From: an uncultured delta proteobacterium
GTDB taxonomy: Bacteria > Desulfobacterota > Binatia > UBA9968
Assembly (NCBI GenBank): GCA_963771465.1
Contig: CAVYTU010000011.1
Location: 64,001-128,000 of the forward strand
DNA: 64,000 bases
Reading direction: 5' to 3'
Shown piece after piece: positions 31,244 to 42,494 of the stretch. A program made the position numbers and the translations under genes. Positions within the stretch are counted from its first letter, which is position 1. Every line of letters begins with the position of its first letter. A model generated the notes under the pieces. That model saw nothing but the letters and a program-made list of their open reading frames with translations, did not search any database and was not told the origin of the DNA.

Positions 31244-31285
31244 TTGCCCTCACCCTCGCCCTCTCCCACTTCGTGGGCGAGGGAA
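31244..31285. repeat. REP-like palindrome, copy 1
   Basis: TTGCCCTCACCCTCGCCCTCTCCCACTTCGTGGGCGAGGGAA. Confidence 0.88.
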
Positions 31286-31335
31286 ATAAATGCAATCTAA
31301 AATCTTTTTATCGCCTAACGCTTGTTGCCGTCATT

Positions 31336-32330
31336 TTACTTGATCAACTTGGTCGCCCGCGCCAGCAACTCTGGCGGAATCGTCAGGCCGATTTTCTTAG
31401 CGGTCTGAAGGTTGATCACGAATTCGAACTTCATCGGCTGCTCGACTGGCAGATCGGCGGGCTTGGCTCCCTTCAGGATTCTGTCCACGTAGTATGCGAC
31501 GCGCCGGTAGCTTTCCGCTGACGTCCGCCCCGTAGAACATGAGCCCGCCGGCATCTACAGCTTCTCTGTTGGTATACACCGCCGGTAACCGGCTCTTTAA
31601 CGCAAAGCCGACAATCCGTTTTTGGTTAGCATTCAATAGGCCGCCCGCCGGCACATAGAGTCCATCCGGGCGCTGCTTGCCCATCGCAGCAAAAACTCTA
31701 TCGAAATCGTCCGCAGCTCGAACCTCCCAAGGCTGAAGAGTCAACCGCAGCGCACGCGCCGCGACCGGGAGAACCTCTTTCACCTCGCGTACACTGGCTC
31801 GGATTGGCCGGATCGTAGAGAATCGCGACACGGGCAACTTTGGGAACGGCTTCTTTGAGCAGCTCCAGCCGCTTCCCGCCTAGTTCTCTGGAAAGGTTTG
31901 TAATGCCAGTGACGTTGCCGCCGGGACGGGCAAGGCTTTCAACTAGGCCTGCCTCGACAGGATCGATCCCAGGGCCCGCCATAACGATGGGAATCGTCTT
32001 GGTCGCATTCTTGGCCGCCAGGATCGGCCCGACCCCTCCTGCTACCACGATGATATCAACCTTGAGACGCACCAGCTCGGCCGCAAGCTCAGGGAGCCGA
32101 TCGAGCTTCCCCTCGGCATATCGGTACTCGGTGGCGATGTTCTGTCCTTCGATGTAGCCACGCTCGCGCAGAGCCAGCCGAATTGCCTCGGCACGGGTGG
32201 ACTCAGTAGCTGGATCGCCCGCCGATAGATACCCTATCCGCGGGACTTTCTTCGGCTGCTGCGCCCGAGCTGGAAAGGGAAGAGCCAAGAGCATCGAGCA
32301 AAAAACTCGCCGAGTGATTTTTTTGTGCAT
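31336..32330 (-). CDS. ABC_sub_bind (PF04392-type) substrate-binding protein, copy 1, frameshifts near 31519 and 31799
   Basis: [58 protein letters not shown]. Confidence 0.88.
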
Positions 32331-32340
32331 GGGGTTTCTC

Positions 32341-32382
32341 TTGCCCTCACCCTAACCCTCTCCCACTTCGTGGGCGAGGGAA
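32341..32382. repeat. REP-like palindrome, copy 2
   Basis: TTGCCCTCACCCTAACCCTCTCCCACTTCGTGGGCGAGGGAA. Confidence 0.88.
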
Positions 32383-32431
32383 TAAATTAAATCGAAATAT
32401 TTTTTATCGCCTAACGCCAGGCGTCTTTATT

Positions 32432-33422
32432 TCACTTAATCAACTTGGTCGCACGCGCCAGCAACTCCGGCGGAATCGTCAGGCCGATTTTCTTAGCGGT
32501 CTGAAGGTTGATGACGAATTCAAACTTCATCGGCTGCTCACCGGCAGATCGGCGGGCTTGGCTCCCTTCAGGATTCTATCCACGTAGTATGCGACGCGCC
32601 GGTAGCTCTCCGCGTGGTCCGCCCCGTAGTACATGAGCCCACCGGCATCTACAGCTTCTCTGTTGCTGTACATCGACGGTAACCGGCTCTTTAACGCAAA
32701 GCCGACGGTCCGTTTTTGGTTAGCAAACATTAGCGCGCCCCCGAGCACGTAGAGTCCATCCGGGCGCTGCTTGTTTAGCGCAGCGAATACCCTCTCGAAA
32801 TCGTCCGCGGCTCGTACCTCCCAAGGTTGAAGAGTCAACTTCAGCGCACGCGCCGCGACTGGGAGAACTTCTTTCACCTCGAGTACACGGGCCGGATTGG
32901 CCGGATCGTAGAGAACCGCGACACGGGCAAGCTTTCGGAACGGCTTCTTTGAGCAGCTCCAGCCGCTTCCCGCCTAGTTCTCTGCTAAGGGTTGTAATGC
33001 CGGTGACGTTGCCGCCGGGACGGGCAAGGCTTTCAACAAAGCCTGCCTCGACAGGATCGATGCCACGCGCCCATCATAACGATGGGAATCGTCTTGGTAG
33101 CATTCTTGGCCGCCCGGATCGGTGCGTCCCTCCTGCTACCACATGATATCAACCTTGAGACGCACCAGCTCGGCGGCAAGCTCAGGGAGCCGATCGAGCT
33201 TCCCCTCCGCATATCGGTACTCGGTGGCGATGTTCTGTCCTTCTATGTAGCCACGCTCGCGCAGAGCCAGCCGAATTGCCTCGGCACGGGCGGAGTCACT
33301 AGCCGGATCGACCCCGATAGATACCCTATCCGCGGGACTTTCTTCGGCTGCTGCGCCCGAGCTGGAAAGGGAAGAGCCAAGAGCATCGAGCAAAAAGCTC
33401 GCCGAGTGATTTTTTTGTGCAT
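32432..33422 (-). pseudogene. ABC_sub_bind (PF04392-type) substrate-binding protein, copy 2, about 6 frameshifts (true pseudogene or consensus artefact)
   Basis: About 90% nucleotide identity to copy 1 by manual alignment; indels near 32540, 32931, 33066, 33128, 33143 and 33313. Confidence 0.82.
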
Positions 33423-33433
33423 GGGGTTTCTCG

Positions 33434-33475
33434 TTGCCCTCACCCTAACCCTCTCCCACTTCGTGGGCGAGGGAA
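33434..33475. repeat. REP-like palindrome, copy 3
   Basis: Identical to copy 2. Confidence 0.88.
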
Positions 33476-33494
33476 ACGACTTCGATGGTGGAAG

Positions 33495-34496
33495 TTACGG
33501 AATCTTGTAGCCCATTTCTTTTGCGACTTCGGTGGCGAGGCGGTCGTCGGCGATTTCATTGAATGCAACTTTGCGGTCGACGAAGCGGCCTTGGGATTGC
33601 ACTGACTTCACCAAGATATCCATGCCGACGCGGGTGGGAATGCCGCTTGGACTGAGCGTGGTTAGGAATTGATCGTAGGTTTCGTTGGCCGCTTCGCGGT
33701 CCATTCTTAATAGTTTGATGATCAGCTCGACGGTTCTTGGCTTGTTCTTGCGGATTTCTTCTTTGGCGACTTGTAGCGAGCGGATGACGCGTTTGGTTTC
33801 CACCGGCCGTTCTTGAATCGTTCTCGCCAAGGTAGTCAAGCCGCCGCCCGGCATTTCCACCATCGCGCCGACGTCGAGAATTTTATTGAAGCCCTTTTTC
33901 TGCGCGCCGAAGGTCACCGGCGGAGACAACACGGCGGCGTCGACGTAGCCGGCTTCCAAGGAAATCAGTTGTTGAATTTGCTGTCCGCCGATGGACACCA
34001 AAACAAAATCTCTGGGATTGGCGCCGGCCTTTTCCACGGCCATGTTAAATGCCACGTGTACCGTGCCGCCGAGGCCGGTCACCGAAACCTTTTTTTGCTT
34101 GAGGCTTTCGAGAGTTTTGTACTGCGGTTTGGCCATGAGCCAGTAGGAGATGCGGTCGGAGGAGAACCAGATCGCGCGGGTGGCGAAACCGCTCATGGTG
34201 GCGTTCACCGACGCCGGGCCGACGCCGGCTTGATAGTCGATATCGCCTTGAGTCAGCGCCGCCGGCACCAAGGCGGACTGCATGAGGATGACTTCCATAT
34301 CCAAATTGTTGGCGTTGAAGATGCCCCATTCCTTGGCGGCGAGCAGCGGCAAGGCGGTGATGGTGAAGCCGGCGTTTGATATGCGGCTCTTGGTGCGCCG
34401 CTCCTGAGCATGGGTTGAACCCGCGCCAATTGCTATAGACGTGATCAGCGAGGTCGCAAACAACGCCGAGTTGAGGCGAAGGAATAATCGGTTCAT
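33495..34496 (-). CDS. SsuA/NitT/TauT-type ABC substrate-binding protein
   Basis: Signal peptide, LPLLAAKEWGIF..NNLDMEVI, GYVDAAVLSPP; RBS GGAG. Confidence 0.9.
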   Translation of the reverse strand: MNRLFLRLNSALFATSLITSIAIGAGSTHAQERRTKSRISNAGFTITALPLLAAKEWGIFNANNLDMEVILMQSALVPAALTQGDIDYQAGVGPASVNATMSGFATRAIWFSSDRISYWLMAKPQYKTLESLKQKKVSVTGLGGTVHVAFNMAVEKAGANPRDFVLVSIGGQQIQQLISLEAGYVDAAVLSPPVTFGAQKKGFNKILDVGAMVEMPGGGLTTLARTIQERPVETKRVIRSLQVAKEEIRKNKPRTVELIIKLLRMDREAANETYDQFLTTLSPSGIPTRVGMDILVKSVQSQGRFVDRKVAFNEIADDRLATEVAKEMGYKIP

Positions 34497-34629
34497 TGTT
34501 TACTCCCTGGGTTACGGGCCAAGCCATCTTACTAGCATTGCGACTACTTACGCTATATCACTGTTGCTTGACAACATTTTCGTTCCTTGAAAATATCGCC
34601 AAACCGTCCCCAGGAAAAAACCCATCTCC

Positions 34630-36390
34630 ATGAACCAAGCAGCTGCGCCAACCGCCTCTGAGAAAGTGCAAGTCGATCCGATCACCTTGGAAGTGATTCG
34701 TCATGGGATCATTTCGATCTGTGACCAGATCGACGCCAACATGACGCGCACGGCGTTTAGCCCGTACATTTACGAGTACAAAGATTACGCTGTCGGCTTT
34801 GTCAGCGCGGCGGGAGAATTACTCGCCCAATCCACCGGCGGCATGCCGGTGTTCGTCGCCGACTCGGTGGGGGCGGCGGTGAAAGATGGCTTGGCGGTTT
34901 ACGGCCGCGACAATCTCAACAAAGGCGACGTCATCGTCTGCAACCACGCGGCGATTCAAGGCCAGCATTTGAACAACACGGTCATGTACACTCCCGTGTT
35001 CGCCGGGCCCGGCGCTGACGAGTTGATCGGTTTCTTCGCCGTCAACTGCCACTGGATCGACATCGGCGGCTCGGCGATCGGCTCGGTGTCCTATTCTTCC
35101 ACCGACATTTTCATGGAAGGTTTGCAACTCCGTTCGATCAAGTTGTGGTCCAAGGGCGAACCCAACGAAGAAGTCTACCGGATCATCGAGAACAACACCC
35201 GTTTCCCACTGGAATTACTGGGCGACATCGAAGCGCAGTTGGGCGGCTGTTTCTTGGGCCGCGATCTCACCCAGGCGATGGCCGACAAGTACGCCCAAAA
35301 ATATTTCTCGGCACGCTCGATAGGATTCTCGACCAATGCGAAGCGGCGACGCGGGAAAAGATTCGCGCGATTCCCGACGGCGTTTACCAGCATGAAGCGT
35401 TTCTCGACAACGACGGCGTGCGCGATGAGAAGATTCCCATTCGCGTCAAAGTGATCGTCGCCGGTGACGAGCTGACCGTCGATTTCAGTGAAATGTCGCC
35501 GCAAGTGAAGGGCTGTATCAACTCCGGTTTCTACGGTGGCGGACGCACCTGCGTGCGGGTCGCGTTTAAATATTTGATCGCCACTGACGAGCCCGCCAAC
35601 GAGGGAACGTTTAGGCCGGTGAAAATGATTTTGCCCGAAGGCAAGTTGATCAGCGCCGAAGCGACCGCGGCGATGGGTTTGTACAGCATCCCTTTTCCAA
35701 CGGTTATCGATTGCATCATCAAAGCTTTAGAGCCAGCGCTGCCTGAGCAAGTCACCGGCGCGCACTTCGGCACGTTTTCGTCACTCAGTTTCGCCGGCAA
35801 ACGGCAGGACAGCGGCGCGGTGTTCAAAGCCAATGACAGCGGCCACGGCGGCTGGGGCGCCTGCGCGACCCACGACGGCGCCGGACCGTTTCGCACCATG
35901 GCGCACGGCGACACGCGGCTGATCCCCATCGAGCTGCAAGAGTCGATGTACCCGTTCCGCGTCGAAGAATTCCGTCTGCGCCAAGATTCCGGCGGCGCGG
36001 GCAAATGGCGCGGCGGATTGGGTTTCGACAAGCAATATGTTTTGCTCGCGCCCTGCGAGCTGTGGGCCAACTTCGATCGCATCGGCTGTCCGCCCTGGGG
36101 CGTGCAAGGGGCGAAGGAAGGCAAGTCGGGCCAGGTGCTGATCACCAAGAACGGCGCGAGCGAAGCCCGAGCTGCTTTACAAAACGGAAAATCGACCATT
36201 GCAGGCGGGCGACCGCGTGCGCATGTCTACCGGCGGTGGCGGTGGTTACGGTGATCCACGCGAGCGGCCTGTTGAGTTGGTTCAGCGCGATGTGACTCGT
36301 GGCTTCGTTTCAATTGACAGCGCGCGCGATAATTACGGCGTCGTGATCGGTGCGGATGGGAAAGCGTCGCGAAGAAAGGATAAGGGATAA
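34630..36390 (+). CDS. Hydantoinase B/oxoprolinase subunit; frameshifts near 35295 and 36168
   Basis: DPITLEVIR, RTAFSPYIYE, HLNN, HWIDIGG, DSGGAGKWRGG, TGGGGGYGDP. Confidence 0.92.
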
Positions 36391-36464
36391 AGTCAGAAGG
36401 ATAAAATCGCAACAGCGACTCTCTTACGCTTTCTTAGCCTTTATCCCTCACATCCTTCATCCTT
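36376..36464. repeat. Heptamer-periodic inverted repeat (AAGGATA.. / ..ATCCTT)
   Basis: aaggataagggataaagtcagaaggataaa ... ctttatccctcacatccttcatcctt. Confidence 0.65.
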
Positions 36465-36472
36465 GCCGAACT

Positions 36473-38525
36473 ATGAGCTACGCCATCGCCGTCGATATTG
36501 GCGGCACGTTTACCGATCTTGTCGCTTTCGATCACGAGACGCAAAAAGTTATCTATTCCAAAAGCCCGACCACCTACGACAATCTGGTCGAGGGAATTCT
36601 CGACTGTTTTCATAAAGCGAAGATCAAGCCGGCGGATGCGTCGCTGGTGAACCACGGCACGACGCTGGTGATCAATTCCCTAATCCAACGCAAGGGCGCC
36701 AAGACCGCGCTGGTCACGAGCAAAGGCTTTCGCGACATTCTGGAAATCGCCCGCGGCAACCGGCCCGATCCCTTCGATCTGTACTATCAGCGCGACGAGC
36801 CATTGATTCCGCGCGAGCTGCGCCTCGAAGTCCCTGAGCGTATGGGCAGCAAGGGCGAAGTGATCACGCCGCTCGATACACCGGCATTGGAAAAACTCGC
36901 CGGCGAAATCAAAAAACTTGGCGCCGAATCGGTGGCGGTTTTTTTCATGAACTCTTACATCAATCCAGTGCACGAAGAGGCGGCCGCCGAGACCTTGCGC
37001 GAACTTCTGCCGGACACCTATGTGACCTTCAGCACCGAGCTGACGCGCGAATGGTACGAGTACGAGCGTTGTTCCACCGTGGCCGCTAACGCTTACATCG
37101 GGCCGCAGGTGAGCACTTACATTCGCCGCTTGGACAACGATTTTAAGCAGCAAGGATTTGGCGGTTCGTTATTCATGATGGGATCCAACGGCGGACTGCT
37201 TTCGACCGATCGCACTTGCCGCCAGCCGATTGGTCTAGTCGAGTCCGGTCCCATCGGCGGCTGCATCGGCGCCAGCGCCTACGCGGAAAAACTTGGGATT
37301 CAAAAACCTCGTCGCCTTCGACATGGGCGGCACCACGGCGAAATGCGCGCTGGTGGAGAACGGCCGCTTCTCAGTCAATTCGCTTTACTACGCCAACGGC
37401 TACGTCAAAGGATTTCCGATTAAATCAGCCGTCATCGATATCGTCGAGGTGGGCTCCGGCGGCGGTTCCATCGCTTGGCTCGATTCGCAAAAGCGTTTGC
37501 ACGTCGGGCCGCAAAGCGCAGGATCGACTCCTGGACCCGTGTGCTACGGTCGTGGCGGCACCGAGCCGACCGTGACCGATGCCAACTTGGTTCTCGGTCG
37601 TCTCAATCCCGCCAATTTTCTCGGCGGCGAGATGCAGCTCGACGTGAGCGCGGCGGAGCGCGCCATCGCCGAGCGCATCGCCACGCCGCTCGGTTACGCG
37701 GGTGAAGGCGGCATGGTGCAGATGGCCGATGGAATTATTTCCATCGCCACCGTGATTATGGCGGGGGCGATTCGTAAAGTTTCCGTCGAGCATGGCCTCG
37801 ATCCGCGCGATTTTATTCTTTTCAGTTACGGCGGCGGCGGGCCGCTGCATTCCTCGGCGCTGGCCCATGAGCTGTCGATCCCAACCGTTGTCATTCCCCC
37901 CGAGCCGGGAAACTTTTCCGCCATCGGCATGCTGCTCGCTGACGCGCGCATCGATACCTCGAAGACCTTCGTCGGCATTCTCGACGACAAGTCGGTGCCC
38001 AAGATGGCCGAGACTTTCGCGACGCTGGAGCAGGAAGCGCAGACCGCGCTGGCGAGCGAGTTCGGCACCAGCGATGTGTTTTTCGAACGGCACGCCGAGA
38101 TGCGTTACCGCGGCCAGCGCCATAACATCAAAGTTCCAGTGTCAGGATTGAAGGATCGAGAAGCGATCCGCGCCGCCTTCGAGCGCGACTACAAGCGGCG
38201 CTACGGCCACGCCGACGCCAAGGCGCCGGCGGAATTTCAAGCGCTACACTTATCCGCCTTCGCGCGCTTGAAGCAGCCCGACGTCGCGCGCCTACCGCGC
38301 GCGGCGACACCAGCGGAAACGGCGCAGACGCGGCGAGTCTACATCGGCAATGCCGGCGGTTGGCTCGATGCGAAGATTTATCATCGCGACGCGCTGGAAC
38401 CAGGATTGAGTTCAGCCGGGCCGGCGGTGATCGAAGAATACGGCTCGACGACTGTGGTGTGGCCGGGCGATAGGTTTGAGATCGGCGCGCTGCGCGAGAT
38501 TAGGATTTCTTGTGCGCCGAAGTAA
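36473..38525 (+). CDS. Hydantoinase A/oxoprolinase subunit; frameshift near 37292
   Basis: VDIGGTFTD, HGTT, ESGP, DMGGTT, SAGSTPGPVCYGRGG, YGGGGPLH, MRYRGQ. Confidence 0.92.
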
Positions 38526-38782
38526 GTTTCGTTCCCACTAACAATTGCTGTCATTCCCGCGCGCGCGAAAATTCAGGTTCTGTCGTCATCTGGATGGCGG
38601 TTTTCATCGGCCGGACGAATTTTACGGCGTTCCTTTACTTATCGCCCAATCCCTTTACGACACGAGCGGAATTAAATCCTTCGCAACTAAACCTTGACGC
38701 TTGCCAGCTCCACGTACTAATTACCGGAGCAAGCGAGCAGCGTGAAATTGCTCAAGCCAACAAGGACAAGGAACAAATCGCT

Positions 38783-41014
38783 ATGGCTGAATTCAAAGTG
38801 ATCGGTACCGCGGTGCCGCGCGGCGAGGGTAAGAACAAAGTGAGCGGGGAGACGGTTTACGCCGCCGACTTAAAGTTGCCGAATTTACTCTGGGCGAAGA
38901 TTTTGCGCAGTCCCCATCCCCATGCGCGCATTGGCCGGGTCGATGTTTCGAAAGCTCTGAAAGTTCCCGGCGTGCGTGCGATTATCACCGGGGAAGACGT
39001 GAAAGGCCATCTGATCGGCAAGCAGATTCGCGATCTGCCGGTGCTGTGCTGGGATAAAGCGCGTTTTGTCGGTGATCGGGTTGCCGCGGTGGCCGCGGAG
39101 ACGGTCGATGCGGCGGAAGAGGCGGTTCACTTGATCGAAGTCGATTATGAAATTCTTCCCGCCGTGTTCGATCCGCTCGAAGCGATGGCACCGGGCGCGC
39201 CGCTGCTCCATGACAACGTTGCCGAGTATGACGGCGCGCCGAAAAATATTCTCGCCGCCGACCTGCGCAACGGCTTGACCCGGTTGGCGTGGAAGAAAGG
39301 AAATATCGAGCAAGGCTTCCGCGACGCCGATCTAGTTTTCGAACATACCTTCAACGTGCCGGCGCGCCATCAGGGTTACCTCGAACCGCACGCGGCGACT
39401 GTCGCCATTGAACCTGACGGCCACGTTCAAGTCTGGGCTTCGGTGAAAAATCCTTTCGGCGTGCGCAGCCAATTATCCAAGTGCTTGAGCTTGCCCGAAG
39501 CGCGCATCCGCATGAACGTGGTCAACGTCGGCGGCGAGTTTGGCGGCAAGGGCGACGGGGTGGATTTACCGATTCTCTACTTTCTCGCGCAGAAGTCCGG
39601 TCAGGCGGTGAAGATCGTCATGACCTACGCCGAAGAATTATCGGCGAGCAATCCGGCGCACCCGACGGTGATCACGATCAAAAGCGGTGTAAAGCGCGAT
39701 GGCACGATCGTCGCGCGCAAAATGCGCGCGCTGCACGCCAGCGGCGGCTACGGCGCGCTCAAGTCCAACACCTCATTGGCGACTTGGCACTACGCCGGCG
39801 GCCAGTATCGCATCGAGCACGCTGACGTCGAGTTCATGCAGATTTACACCAACACGGTTCCCGGCGGTTACTACCGCAGCCCCGGCGCGGTGGCGACGGC
39901 GTTCGCGGTGGATTGCCACACGGACATCATCGCTAAAGAATTAAAGATGGATCCGGCCGAGTTTCGCCTAAAGAATTTTCTCAGCGAAGGCGAAACCGAC
40001 GCTGTCGGTCAAGAACTAAAGGACGTGCGCTTTCGCGAGGTGTTGCAAGGCGCGCTCGATGCCGCCGGTTGGAAAAAACCGAAGAAGCGCAATCACGGCC
40101 GCGGTATCGCGCTCTCGGGCCGCCATATCAGCGGCGGCGACACCGGCGTGATTCTTAGCGCCGAGGCAGATGGCAGTTATTTAATTATCAGCCCAAGCAT
40201 CGATCAAGGCTCGGGCACGCATACCATCTTGCGCCAACTTGTCGCCGATCGAATGAAAGCCGGTATCGATCAGGTTCGCGTCGTCATTGGCGACACCGAC
40301 ACGGCGCCGCGCGACGGCGGCATGCGCGCTAGCCGCATGACCTATGTGGCCGGCAACGCCATGGTCAAAGCTTGCGACCAGCTGCGCGACAAATTATTCG
40401 ACCAAGCGGCGCGCATGTTGGAAAGCCGCACGGTTGAAATTGACTTCGACGGCGGCAAGTTTTCGCTACGCCAAGATCCGGGGCAACACGTGCCGCTGCC
40501 TCGTGTCGTCGCGCAAACGACGGAGCCGCTGCAAGTCACCGTCTATGAAGACTATCGCGCGCCCGACGAGTTTTCTTACATCTGCGCTCAAGTCGCTGAA
40601 GTCGAAGTTGATCCGGAAACCGGCGCGGTCAAACTGCATCGCATGGTGACCGCGCATGATGTCGGCACGATCATCAACCCGACGGCGCACCAGGGTCAGA
40701 TCGACGGCGCCGCGGTGATGGGCGTCGGCCAGGGATTGATGGAAGAGATTGTCATCGATCAAGGCCGGGTAACGAATAATAATCTCGGTGATTACAAGCT
40801 GCCGTCAATCGCCGATCTGTTCGAATTGAAAACAGTGTTAGTGGCGTCGGCAGGCGGCGTCGGCCCGCACAACGCCAAACCGATTGGCGAATTCGCCAAC
40901 AACGCGCCACCGGCGGCGATCGCCAATGCGATTGCCGATGCCGTCGGCGTACGGCTCTTCGATCTGCCGGTGAAGCCGGAGCGGATTTACCAGGCGTTGA
41001 GAGAAAAGCGTTGA
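38783..41014 (+). CDS. Xanthine dehydrogenase/CoxL-family molybdopterin-binding large subunit
   Basis: RSPHPHARI, HQGYLEPH, VGGEFGGK, YRSPG, DQGSGT, GQIDG, IGE catalytic Glu. Confidence 0.93.
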   Translation: MAEFKVIGTAVPRGEGKNKVSGETVYAADLKLPNLLWAKILRSPHPHARIGRVDVSKALKVPGVRAIITGEDVKGHLIGKQIRDLPVLCWDKARFVGDRVAAVAAETVDAAEEAVHLIEVDYEILPAVFDPLEAMAPGAPLLHDNVAEYDGAPKNILAADLRNGLTRLAWKKGNIEQGFRDADLVFEHTFNVPARHQGYLEPHAATVAIEPDGHVQVWASVKNPFGVRSQLSKCLSLPEARIRMNVVNVGGEFGGKGDGVDLPILYFLAQKSGQAVKIVMTYAEELSASNPAHPTVITIKSGVKRDGTIVARKMRALHASGGYGALKSNTSLATWHYAGGQYRIEHADVEFMQIYTNTVPGGYYRSPGAVATAFAVDCHTDIIAKELKMDPAEFRLKNFLSEGETDAVGQELKDVRFREVLQGALDAAGWKKPKKRNHGRGIALSGRHISGGDTGVILSAEADGSYLIISPSIDQGSGTHTILRQLVADRMKAGIDQVRVVIGDTDTAPRDGGMRASRMTYVAGNAMVKACDQLRDKLFDQAARMLESRTVEIDFDGGKFSLRQDPGQHVPLPRVVAQTTEPLQVTVYEDYRAPDEFSYICAQVAEVEVDPETGAVKLHRMVTAHDVGTIINPTAHQGQIDGAAVMGVGQGLMEEIVIDQGRVTNNNLGDYKLPSIADLFELKTVLVASAGGVGPHNAKPIGEFANNAPPAAIANAIADAVGVRLFDLPVKPERIYQALREKR

Positions 41015-41065
41015 GCGTGAAGAGCTGATTGAGATATCAATCATTCGAGGAGCGGGAGTGAAAAT

Positions 41066-41152
41066 ACGCAAAGGGCGCAAAAAGAAATCGGCTTCGCAAG
41101 GGCGCAGCATGCTGCGCCCTGCTTTTTTGCGATCTCTGCGTTGTTTGCGGCT
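41066..41152. repeat. CGCAAA/TTTGCG periodic inverted repeat with nested palindrome AGGGCGCAGCATGCTGCGCCCT
   Basis: Perfect 22-bp palindrome at about 41099-41120 between convergent genes. Confidence 0.7.
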
Positions 41153-41161
41153 AAGACGTTT

Positions 41162-42319
41162 TTATGCCGGCACGAGCTCCGGATCGACGGGGTATTCGGA
41201 TAGGATTTCAGCGCCGTCTTGGGTGACGCGCAGCAAGTGTTCGAGCTTGACCGGGTAATGATTGATCTCGCAGGCGACGATCATGTTTTCTTCCAGCGAG
41301 ATCATGTATTTCTCCGGGTCACCGCCGCGCAGCCAGGGTGATTCGTAAATGCACAGGCCGACGCCGTGAAAGCCGTCGAAGCCGAGCAATCTATTGGTCG
41401 CGCCTTTGCCGAAGCGGTCGAATGCTTCGGCGCATGAGCCTGGCTTCACCAACTGCACCGCTTCTTGCAGCGAGTGATAGGCTTCCTTGTAGCGTTGTTT
41501 GGTTTCCGCGGTGGGCGCGCCGTGGCTGAAGGTGCGGGCGAAGTCGCTGTAGTAGCCGCCCGGGCCGGCGACGGTGGCGTCGCAGATCACCAAATCGCCG
41601 TCGCGCACCACCAGATCGGCGCCCATGGGCTCGTTGTGCGGCCGGCTGTCGGCGAGGGAGGAATCGTAGATCGAAATAAACTCACTGCCGGCTTCAAAAC
41701 CTTGGTCCATCAAATAGTCGAGCATGATGCGGCTTAACTTATCTTCGGGCGGATCGGCTTTGCGCAATGCTTCGCGCACGAGATCGTAGCCGCGCGCTTT
41801 GGCTTTGGTCGTCCAGCGGATCAGTTGCAATTCGTCGGTGGTTTTGACCACCCGCGCCTGGTGGATCGCCGGGCAACCGTCGACCAAATTGATTCCTGCG
41901 CCTTTCAAGCCATCGATCGCGGTGAGATTCAAATAATCGACGCCGATCCGCTCGCCGACCGCGCCCAACTCTTTCAGACCGGCGACCGCTTGAGCGACGA
42001 AATCTTCGGTGGCAATCGGCGGGCGCATGGCGAACATGTAGGCGTCGAAGCGCAGACTACGATAGTCGCTCTTGCGCGACAGTTCGCGCTGGCAAACGAT
42101 CGGCTCGCCTTGGGCGGGAATCAACGCGAAACGCTGGATGCCAGTGGCGCGCAGGCCGAGCATCATGACGGTATTGGTCGCGTAGCGCACGTTCAAAAAA
42201 TCGCTGAGCAAGAGCGCGCCGAGTCTTTCTCTCTTCATCTCGCCTTGGAGTCGAGCCAGGCGCTCGTGTTTCAGCCGCACCATGTCGACGCCGAACGGAG
42301 TTAGATCAGGGTAGAACAT
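41162..42319 (-). CDS. M24 (pita-bread fold) metallopeptidase-family enzyme, DddP/creatinase-like
   Basis: N-terminal VDMVRLKHERLARL..NVRYAT; metal ligands in CDAT, YSDFART, FHGVG, ACE, KLE. Confidence 0.85.
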   Translation of the reverse strand: MFYPDLTPFGVDMVRLKHERLARLQGEMKRERLGALLLSDFLNVRYATNTVMMLGLRATGIQRFALIPAQGEPIVCQRELSRKSDYRSLRFDAYMFAMRPPIATEDFVAQAVAGLKELGAVGERIGVDYLNLTAIDGLKGAGINLVDGCPAIHQARVVKTTDELQLIRWTTKAKARGYDLVREALRKADPPEDKLSRIMLDYLMDQGFEAGSEFISIYDSSLADSRPHNEPMGADLVVRDGDLVICDATVAGPGGYYSDFARTFSHGAPTAETKQRYKEAYHSLQEAVQLVKPGSCAEAFDRFGKGATNRLLGFDGFHGVGLCIYESPWLRGGDPEKYMISLEENMIVACEINHYPVKLEHLLRVTQDGAEILSEYPVDPELVPA

Positions 42320-42494
42320 TTTTTTTCTCCTTTGATTTTGCCGTTGGTATCGGCAATCTGTTGTAGAGTCAAGGCGGCTTACGCCGCTTAGAGTCTAGGG
42401 TCGGTTATTCAACTCTTGACGCTAAACTCCAGACGTTGAACTTCGCGCTGCCTTGACTTTTAGCCCCGATTCAGTTTGCTAGTAGTCAGATGAG

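Noticed and set aside
31336-33422. Diversity-generating retroelement TR/VR pair
   Set aside because: Mismatches are not adenine-specific, span the whole gene and include many synonymous changes; no reverse transcriptase is in the window
38510-38782. N-terminal extension of the Mo-hydroxylase ORF
   Set aside because: Homology starts at MAEFKVIG (38783), which has a purine-rich RBS-like sequence upstream; the upstream frame is open by chance
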